A stretch of DNA of 64,000 nt from an uncultured virus (IMG/VR IMGVR_UViG_3300025767_000004) (lineage: Duplodnaviria; Heunggongvirae; Uroviricota; Caudoviricetes): the IMG/VR virus record IMGVR_UViG_3300025767_000004, one strand, 5' to 3'. Position numbers and translations under genes: made by a program. A model generated the notes under the pieces. The model was not told the origin of the DNA, ran no database searches, and saw only the letters and a program-made list of their open reading frames with translations. Below, piece by piece: positions 57,560-64,000 of this stretch (positions within the stretch are counted from its first letter, which is position 1; each line of letters begins with the position of its first letter).

Positions 57560-58372
57560 TTAACTGTAAATGTTTTGTGTTTGTGTGACGTAATTCTGTG
57601 TTACTTCCCAAAGAGCTTCGTTAATCTTTATCTTTAGGTCCACATTGGTAATTGCTCTTACCGTCTGTTTTCTTTTAGATGGTAACTCATATGTAATACC
57701 ACCCTCTAAGATTCTGTTTTGGATGTTTTTAAATGCGTCCCATAGACTTACATTCTCACCCTTCAAAGGTTTAAGTAATACCTGAGAAAGAATGTTTGGA
57801 TAATCCTTACCCCAACGAGTCATCATCGCCTTTAAGATATAGTTACGTTGTTCTTTAACTGTAATCTGAGTGTTTGATAAACTCTCAACCTGCTCAATCA
57901 ATAATGGTAAGTGGTTAGTAACCTTCTGAGCCACCTCTCTAACCTCATTTAATGTATACCATTGGTGTTTGATTCTTAAGTTATCGATTGTCTGATGAGA
58001 CATAATGAAAGAAGTCCCCGACTCATTATTATACAATCCAACGTGGAATTGAAACGCATTTCTACCGTCGTGTGAGTTAGTCAAAGTAATCTCAGGAATA
58101 CATCCTTTGATAGACTCTAATTGGTCATTACGAAAACGTAGTAAGTGTTTTGTGAAGTTATTACGTACTTTAGTTCTTGCTGAACGTTGCTCTGCCGAAT
58201 AAACTTTCCAACCTAACCCTGACATATCCTCAATTACTTGAGTTGTTGGGATAAAGGTGTATTTATCCGATACGTGTCCCGAAGCCGAGTCAGCATAAAC
58301 TGAAGGGGCTATTTCTCTGATTTCTGATTCTGTTAGTGGAATCGCTCTGTGGTATTTTAATAAGTCAGTCAT
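57560..58372 (-). CDS. DUF932/DUF945 family protein
   Basis: APSVYA, SDKYTFIPT, KHLLRFR, NSHDG, RIKH, INEALW. Confidence 0.9.
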   Translation of the reverse strand: MTDLLKYHRAIPLTESEIREIAPSVYADSASGHVSDKYTFIPTTQVIEDMSGLGWKVYSAEQRSARTKVRNNFTKHLLRFRNDQLESIKGCIPEITLTNSHDGRNAFQFHVGLYNNESGTSFIMSHQTIDNLRIKHQWYTLNEVREVAQKVTNHLPLLIEQVESLSNTQITVKEQRNYILKAMMTRWGKDYPNILSQVLLKPLKGENVSLWDAFKNIQNRILEGGITYELPSKRKQTVRAITNVDLKIKINEALWEVTQNYVTQTQNIYS

Positions 58373-58396
58373 ATCTTTGTTTTTTTATTTCTTATA

Positions 58397-58429
58397 CAAA
58401 TATACAATATTTTTTCTTTGTAGTCCAAA
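58397..58429 (-). promoter_or_regulatory. Bacteroidetes sigma-70 promoter
   Basis: TTTG-N21-TATATTTG. Confidence 0.75.
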
Positions 58430-58431
58430 CT

Positions 58432-59826
58432 TTATTGTAGAAACTTTCCAAAATATCTTTTATTTGTCACAAACATGAAATGATTAAGTGAACGTATATG
58501 ATTACACAGTACAACAAAATGGTCGTTACCGTAACTCTCATCTTTAGTCCTCACATATAACTCTAAGTACTTATTTGATGTAATTGTTTCGTAGTCAAAC
58601 ATAATAACACCTCTCACAAATGGTACGTTAAAGGTACCCACTTTTTCATAGTCTCTGTATTTGAAGTAATTATCGTGGTCCCTAAAATAACCGTACTCAT
58701 CAACACCACACCAGAAGTTAGATTCTAAACTCTGCTCCGTGTTCAACATTGGAGCAACAATACTTTTATTCTCTCCTAATAATATTTGAATGGTATCGTG
58801 GTTTTTAACGTAGTAATTAGAATCCATCACTAATACATTACTTACCTTATAGTTTCTAACGGCAAAAATAGCACGGTCTCTTAAGACGAACGTACTCTCC
58901 CCTTCTAAATAATGATAATCAGTACTATTATATTGTTCCCCATACTTCTTAATGAAGTTAGTTATCTCCCAATGATTTCTAATACTGTTGTTAATCACAT
59001 ATAAGTCAATTAACGACTTATCGTAAGTAAGGTAACCAATACTATCCATTATTACTGATGGGTTTGAGTGGTCCTCGTCAAAGATTACCTGAACTAAAAC
59101 CTTATCTTTACCCGAAACCTCTATCGTATAATTAATTGGTTGATTCATATCGTTATATAACGTATTTAAGAAAGTTCTAACAGAAACCCCTCCGTTTGCG
59201 TGTATTACGGTTGGGTGAGTATCTGTAATAATATTATGAACGTAACCATCATTTATCTCAACATCCTCTGTTGATTCATTAAGTGTTTGGAATATATCTA
59301 AGTTATAATCTAACTTTATCCCTTCACCGTTTAAAAATTTAAGAGTGTAGTATAGTTGGTCATCATCAGTATTCTCACACGGAGTCTCCGTTAATACCTT
59401 AAGGTCTGACACACGACCAATAAACCCACCACTATTTAAAAATCTGTATTCCGTTTTTGAGTTAGGGTATTTTTCAATTAGATTCGTATCGGGCCAGCAA
59501 GTTTTCTCAGCAGTGAACAATACACCTTCTCCGTCCCAATTTTTCAATACGTCTTTAGGTCCTCCCGAAAACACCACATCATACGAATCAGTGAAAAGAA
59601 TAATGGTATCATCGTCCTGAGTGGTTAAGTATTCTTTAAGTAAGTTAACCTTCATTCCCCCACCAGGAAACACTAATCTACCGTTAACGGCCTCTCCACC
59701 ACTCCATTCCATACCCAAACCTAATATTTGGTAATCGAATCCGTAATGAGTCGCAGATTCTTTGAATCTGTTTAGCTCATCGGTTTTATGTGTAGCAACC
59801 GTAACTAATTTTATCGTTTCACTCAT
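58432..59826 (-). CDS. PLOD/LH3-type collagen glycosyltransferase (GT domain plus accessory GT-A domain; no dioxygenase domain)
   Basis: LVTVAT, LGLGMEWSGG, GGGMKVNLLK, FTDSYDV, FTAEKTCWPD, RFLNSGGFIG, DDDQLYYT, IFQTLN, IHANG; second domain IVAPML...SNFWCG...GYF...NVPF...TNKRYFG. Confidence 0.88.
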   Translation of the reverse strand: MSETIKLVTVATHKTDELNRFKESATHYGFDYQILGLGMEWSGGEAVNGRLVFPGGGMKVNLLKEYLTTQDDDTIILFTDSYDVVFSGGPKDVLKNWDGEGVLFTAEKTCWPDTNLIEKYPNSKTEYRFLNSGGFIGRVSDLKVLTETPCENTDDDQLYYTLKFLNGEGIKLDYNLDIFQTLNESTEDVEINDGYVHNIITDTHPTVIHANGGVSVRTFLNTLYNDMNQPINYTIEVSGKDKVLVQVIFDEDHSNPSVIMDSIGYLTYDKSLIDLYVINNSIRNHWEITNFIKKYGEQYNSTDYHYLEGESTFVLRDRAIFAVRNYKVSNVLVMDSNYYVKNHDTIQILLGENKSIVAPMLNTEQSLESNFWCGVDEYGYFRDHDNYFKYRDYEKVGTFNVPFVRGVIMFDYETITSNKYLELYVRTKDESYGNDHFVVLCNHIRSLNHFMFVTNKRYFGKFLQ

Positions 59827-59873
59827 ATTCTATTTTTATACAAATATAAAAAAAGTATGAGACAAAAAAAAGT

Positions 59874-60140
59874 CTAATTTAAAAAAATCGGTGGAAACCC
59901 TTCCATTTCGAAAATTGGGGCCGATGTATCGGGTAGTAAATTCGTCCTAACATCCTCATACTGTCCCTTAGTAAGTTGTGGGTCCTTACCCTCAGATACA
60001 TTAATATCCGACAGTCTCTCAACCTCATCCATAAAGGTATCTATCGACACCCCATTTGGTAGGAACAATTTTTTAGCATCATCAGAAGTATTCAGATACT
60101 TCCTTAAGTTTTTAAGATAAACTTCTTTATCTACACTCAT
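59874..60140 (-). CDS. Hypothetical protein
   Basis: 88 aa ORF. Confidence 0.6.
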   Translation of the reverse strand: MSVDKEVYLKNLRKYLNTSDDAKKLFLPNGVSIDTFMDEVERLSDINVSEGKDPQLTKGQYEDVRTNLLPDTSAPIFEMEGFPPIFLN

Positions 60141-60150
60141 TACCTATGTT

Positions 60151-61596
60151 TTATGTTGCTGGAACTAAAAGGAATCCTCTTTTTTCGATTGGGACACTAT
60201 CGTCATTGTTTTTGTATTCAATAGCATCTAAAATTTCTTGGTCTAATTCTGTCACCCCTGAACCTTTAAGCATAAGTGCCGATAAGTTACCATTCCTAAT
60301 TAAATTAGCCACTGATTTTGGTAATTTAGTTAACTTTTTACTCTCAGGTACCGCAAGGATATTAAGATTTGTCAACTCACCAATACTCTCAGGTAATTGA
60401 CTAACACATCCAGACAGTAATAAGTGACTTAGTTTTTTAAATCTACCAAATGACTCAGGTAATACTAAATCATCTAACGGTTCAACATTATCTCTACCAT
60501 ATCTAGAACTAGTCGAACTCTCAAACTCAAAAGTATCTAAATCGTCAGGTAAATTATTTACAAATTCATCAAAACCGAATAACCCAATAATCTTAGAAAT
60601 ACCGTCATTAGGATAATTTATATCCACTGATGTCCCCACATTTTTATCACTTGAGAAGTGATTTTTGATAATCGGTTTAAACGCCTCTTTAAGTGATTCA
60701 TTCTCTTTGAAGAACGAAACGAAATCAATTTGTCTATCATCCGCGTTCATAAATTGATTAGACTCGAAGTGGAATTGATATCTATGTGCCGGTAATCCTG
60801 ACACCTCACCCTTTTTAGAGTCTGTCTTATCCATAATAACATAGTATGGTCCCTGTCTTAAATAATTAAAGTAATAATTTTGACCAGGAGCCGAAGTACA
60901 CCATGACGTTTCATTCCTACGTGTTTTTTGATTACTACCACCGTAGTATATCGCGGCTTCTTTACCTAACTCTGAGTTTTCACTCATCTTAACAACATAC
61001 CACTTATCATCCTCATACATAAACTCAGCACCTGGATGTAACATTGAAGACTTTCTTTCTTCTTTAGTTGTTGTCGCCATCTCTAACGATAAATCAGCAA
61101 CCGCGTCTTCTAATGTAGTTAAATTGTATTTGTTAATATCTGCTTCAGATATCTTATCCGAAGACTTAAATCTATGGAACTTAATTAAGTTTTCTTTGGT
61201 ATCGAATAAATCCTCAAAGAATAACCTTTGTTTCTCTGATAACTCTTCTTCAAAACCTGGCTCACCATAAGGAGTGCTTAAGTTTTGAGGTATAGACTTA
61301 TATTGTTTAATCATCCATTGAGTATACTCACCTGTCTTTAAAACGTCTTCAGGGGTTTTTTTGGTGATTGTTTCTTGGTCATATGTCTGTGTAGACTCTA
61401 AACCCTGTATTCTCGATGTAGGGTCATTCGCAACAATAATCATTAATTGATTAGCAGTAAGAGGGGCTTTCTTAACCTTTTTCTTACCTGTCTCTTGATT
61501 AACTTTAACGATATCTTTATGTGCATGTGTCTTTAATAAATGCTCCAATCTAGCATCCTCAATAATCATTGATTTAAGTAACTCCTGAAATTTCAT
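60151..61596 (-). CDS. WCT-domain protein fused to C-terminal leucine-rich repeats
   Basis: DINKY, YYGG...TSWCTSAPG, YQFHFESNQFM; LPESFGRFKKL, LPESIGELTNL, LPKSVANL; TATTTATA at 61615-61622. Confidence 0.75.
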   Translation of the reverse strand: MKFQELLKSMIIEDARLEHLLKTHAHKDIVKVNQETGKKKVKKAPLTANQLMIIVANDPTSRIQGLESTQTYDQETITKKTPEDVLKTGEYTQWMIKQYKSIPQNLSTPYGEPGFEEELSEKQRLFFEDLFDTKENLIKFHRFKSSDKISEADINKYNLTTLEDAVADLSLEMATTTKEERKSSMLHPGAEFMYEDDKWYVVKMSENSELGKEAAIYYGGSNQKTRRNETSWCTSAPGQNYYFNYLRQGPYYVIMDKTDSKKGEVSGLPAHRYQFHFESNQFMNADDRQIDFVSFFKENESLKEAFKPIIKNHFSSDKNVGTSVDINYPNDGISKIIGLFGFDEFVNNLPDDLDTFEFESSTSSRYGRDNVEPLDDLVLPESFGRFKKLSHLLLSGCVSQLPESIGELTNLNILAVPESKKLTKLPKSVANLIRNGNLSALMLKGSGVTELDQEILDAIEYKNNDDSVPIEKRGFLLVPAT

Positions 61597-61647
61597 ATAT
61601 AATCTTTTTACTTATATAAATATAATGACATACTAAAATATCCTATT

Positions 61648-62523
61648 TTATCCCTTTTCTTCGAGTAAATCCTTTTTTAAGTCAATACCCTCAATCACTT
61701 GGTTAAATTCCCCATAATTCATAATGAGTAATTCACTTGCCTTATTTTGTTTTTTACCTGATACCGCTCCCGCTGATTTAGCATAGTCTTTAGCCTTCCA
61801 ACAGAACTTATCATTTGGATATAAATCATCCAACTCTTTAAAGTGATAATATGAAAGACTGAACTTACCCTTAATGTTAGATAACGACTCCGCCAATCTG
61901 TCGTGGTCATCTCTATCAAAATCTTGATTTGAGTAGTAGTCCTCTGTTTTCCAATATGGTGGGTCTAAGTAAAAGTAGGTATCCTCAGCATCATAAGTTT
62001 TAATAATATCCTCAAAGTCCATATTATGAACGTGCGTTATCTTATCAAAGTGATTAAAGAACTTTGGATTGTTCAATTTATTTCTAAACGCATTAAACTT
62101 TGAATTGTACTTACCCTTTAAGTCTATGAAGTTAGATGTCTCAGGGCGAATACCACTGAAAACTTGGGTAACCACATAAATATACTCCAATCCTTTTTGG
62201 TAATCAGGCTTATCAGGGTCGAAATCAAAGTCTGAGAATGCAGATTTCTGATATTCAACGAAACGGTCTCTCTCCTGAGCGGGAATATCCTTAATGTATT
62301 CAAAAAACTCTTTATAGTTTTTTACACACGCAAATAAGTTCGCGTTAACTTTATTAAAGTCGTTATAAACCACCCTCTCTAAATTAGGGTACTTTGTTAG
62401 GTCCATATTGTAGTACACCCAAAAGGCACCACTAAACGGTTCAACATACGTCTTAATATCGGTAGGGATGTATTCCTTTATCCACTTACCTATTTTACTC
62501 TTACCTCCTATATAACTAAACAT
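61648..62523 (-). CDS. DNA adenine methyltransferase, D12/Dam-like family
   Basis: YIGGKSK, YVEPFSG, YNDFN, YLDPPY; start moved to MFSYIGG. Confidence 0.92.
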   Translation of the reverse strand: MFSYIGGKSKIGKWIKEYIPTDIKTYVEPFSGAFWVYYNMDLTKYPNLERVVYNDFNKVNANLFACVKNYKEFFEYIKDIPAQERDRFVEYQKSAFSDFDFDPDKPDYQKGLEYIYVVTQVFSGIRPETSNFIDLKGKYNSKFNAFRNKLNNPKFFNHFDKITHVHNMDFEDIIKTYDAEDTYFYLDPPYWKTEDYYSNQDFDRDDHDRLAESLSNIKGKFSLSYYHFKELDDLYPNDKFCWKAKDYAKSAGAVSGKKQNKASELLIMNYGEFNQVIEGIDLKKDLLEEKG

Positions 62524-62543
62524 ATCTTTTCTTTTAATTTCTA

Positions 62544-62575
62544 CAAATGTAATATAAAAAATCGTAAAAGGCAAA
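62544..62575 (-). promoter_or_regulatory. Bacteroidetes sigma-70 promoter
   Basis: TTTG-N20-TACATTTG. Confidence 0.75.
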
Positions 62576-62600
62576 TGTTTTTAGTGTTAAAATATAAGAT

Positions 62601-62633
62601 TTGACAATTTCAAGTGATAACACTATATTTATA
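62601..62633 (+). promoter_or_regulatory. Promoter for the MORN-repeat gene
   Basis: TTGACA-N17-TATATT overlapping TATTTATA (62626-62633). Confidence 0.5.
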
Positions 62634-62670
62634 ATAAGATAACATTAAGATAACATTAAAACTAAAAACT

Positions 62671-63024
62671 ATGAAAATGAAAAGTTTATTAACAATTTTA
62701 GTAGGGTTATTTATTATGACAGTATCTTACGGACAAAGTAAGACTTACTCTGTTGATGAGTATGGTCGTATAACATATACCCTTACCGATGATAATGGTA
62801 ACCTAAAAGAAAAGGGGGAATATCTAAACGGTAAAAAACATGGAACGTGGAAGTCATACCACCCAAACGGTAAAATTCAAGCAATAGCAACTTATCGTAA
62901 TGATAAAAGAGATGGTAGATGGAAATTCTACAAATCAAACGGAGACTTAGAAGCTATTTTAGTATTCGATAACAATAAGAGAGAAAGAGCCATCGTACAT
63001 CAAACATTGGTTTATAATTTTTAA
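62671..63024 (+). CDS. Exported MORN-variant repeat protein (YwqK-like)
   Basis: Signal peptide; GEYLNGKKHGTWKSYHPNG and YRNDKRDGRWKFYKSNG repeats. Confidence 0.85.
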   Translation: MKMKSLLTILVGLFIMTVSYGQSKTYSVDEYGRITYTLTDDNGNLKEKGEYLNGKKHGTWKSYHPNGKIQAIATYRNDKRDGRWKFYKSNGDLEAILVFDNNKRERAIVHQTLVYNF

Positions 63025-63043
63025 CTTAACCTAACGTAATGTT

Positions 63044-63079
63044 TAATCCCCTTATTTTTTAATGAGGGGATTATTTTTT
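63044..63079 (+). terminator. Intrinsic terminator
   Basis: taatcccctta...tgaggggatta followed by T6. Confidence 0.7.
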
Positions 63080-63132
63080 CCCCACTATTTACACTAAACT
63101 AAATTTATTTATTTTTAATAAAAAACAATACT

Positions 63133-63291
63133 ATGTCTTGCAGTAAATGTAAAAAGAAAGAAGAAAGAGAATTTATCGAAAAAGAAATTAATCGATTGGA
63201 ACGACCAGTACAGATATTTGTATTTGCGGGATTAGCACTTACACTATACGGTATTGTATCATTAGTGATTAAAGTTGTCTCCCTTTTTTAA
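63133..63291 (+). CDS. Small membrane protein MSCSKCKKK...; not in ORF track
   Basis: 52 aa with CxxC, basic patch and C-terminal TM; TATTTATT at 63106-63113. Confidence 0.55.
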   Translation: MSCSKCKKKEEREFIEKEINRLERPVQIFVFAGLALTLYGIVSLVIKVVSLF

Positions 63292-64000
63292 TTCCTCTAA
63301 TAATCTAATCTCTGTGTCCGTTAGTTGTTTCGGACTAATCACCTTAAACTTAATGTATAGGTCTCCCTGACCGTAACTAGTCATAAAACCCTTACCTCTA
63401 ACTCTTATCGGTTGGTCTGGTTGTAAACACGTTGGTGAGTTTACTTTTATCTTAGTTGTAAATAAATCCACAATTACTTCAGTACCCAATAACACGTCAA
63501 TAGGATTTATACTATGGGTATATATAATATCATTACCGTACTTTTCGTAAACACCGTCACTCTCAATACTAATAATAACGATTAGGTCACCTGTGAATCT
63601 CTGACCCTCATTACCACCACCACGAACTCTAAACATATTACCGTCATCACAATTGCTTGGGATGTTAATTTTTATAGTTCTTAATTCTTCTCTACCCTGA
63701 AGGTCTTTTCGGTAATACCTTATCTCTTTATCTAAACCTAAAACACAATCCTTAACCGTAATAGATAAGTCTATTTTAATATCTGACCCTCTTAAGTTCG
63801 CATTCCTTCTCTGAGACCTAAAGATATCCTCACCAAAATGTTGTCCGAAGAAATCTGAGAAGTTAATTTTTGGGGTGTCGTACTCTCTTCTCTTATTCTC
63901 ATCACCTAAAACACTATACGCCTCATTAATCTTTTTAAACATTTCATCGTTACCATCATTAATATCTGGATGGTATTTTTTGGACAACTGTCTGTACATC
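63262..64000 (-). CDS. dnaJ: DnaJ-class chaperone (J domain plus C-terminal domain, no Zn finger); 5' end outside window
   Basis: YRQLSKKYHPD, FKKINEAYSVL, RGSDI, GDLIV, RVRGKG...GDLYI. Confidence 0.88.
   Translation of the reverse strand, partial: MYRQLSKKYHPDINDGNDEMFKKINEAYSVLGDENKRREYDTPKINFSDFFGQHFGEDIFRSQRRNANLRGSDIKIDLSITVKDCVLGLDKEIRYYRKDLQGREELRTIKINIPSNCDDGNMFRVRGGGNEGQRFTGDLIVIISIESDGVYEKYGNDIIYTHSINPIDVLLGTEVIVDLFTTKIKVNSPTCLQPDQPIRVRGKGFMTSYGQGDLYIKFKVISPKQLTDTEIRLLEELKKGDNFNH

Noticed and set aside
62671..63024. Toxin-antitoxin system based on the YwqK-like repeats
   Set aside because: No adjacent toxin; the protein has a signal peptide and MORN-variant repeats are generic.
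1..64000. Stop-codon recoding as in some large Bacteroidota phages
   Set aside because: Recognisable genes are full length in code 11, and TAG and TGA occur as real ends (e.g. TAG at 5443, TGA at 18851).
1..64000. Cellular chromosome or eukaryotic giant virus origin
   Set aside because: No housekeeping operons; phage-type small ORFs and S74 fibres; bacterial promoters, terminators and coupled operons argue against an NCLDV despite the collagen/PLOD similarity. Hallmark phage genes are outside the window, so this is not proven.

Overview
This is an AT-rich, gene-dense window with nearly all genes on the minus strand. It is best read as part of a large (jumbo/huge) tailed phage infecting Bacteroidota; that is an inference, since no capsid, terminase or polymerase gene lies in the window. 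Support: repeated Bacteroidetes sigma-70 promoters (TTTG-N19-21-TAnnTTTG), A-rich leaders without obvious Shine-Dalgarno motifs, many short phage-type ORFs, ThyA, two DNA methyltransferases and a ~23 kb fibre-gene block. From 1 to 27 kb are host-like accessory genes (glmS, M42 peptidase, DHH phosphoesterase, NDP-sugar epimerase, mgsA, LOG, Hc1 histone-like, MarC, carbamoyltransferase, Smr, GT9-like, DUF2827-like, PspC, thyA, GH73) among hypotheticals. From 27.8 to 36.6 kb are three tandem Lys-rich collagen proteins with length-matched Gly-X-Y regions (738-741 aa), each ending in a peptidase S74 chaperone. From 36.6 to 50.6 kb are five acidic coiled-coil/beta-repeat fibre proteins. From 50.7 to 64 kb are a catalytically degenerate MetK homologue with a J-domain partner, an extended PPK2, Grx/Trx, an exported nuclease, PcfJ-like, DUF932, a PLOD/LH3-type collagen glycosyltransferase, an LRR fusion, a Dam-family methylase and DnaJ. 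The best candidate for a novel system is phage-encoded, animal/mimivirus-like glycosylation of collagen fibres (PLOD-type GT plus Gly-X-Lys collagens plus sugar genes). Also notable are the pseudo-MetK, a possibly virion-packaged PPK2, a sense-strand TATTTAT(A/T) putative late promoter and apparent GATC avoidance. No tRNA, rRNA, CRISPR array or mobile element was seen. All family calls come from motifs recognised by eye, not from database searches.
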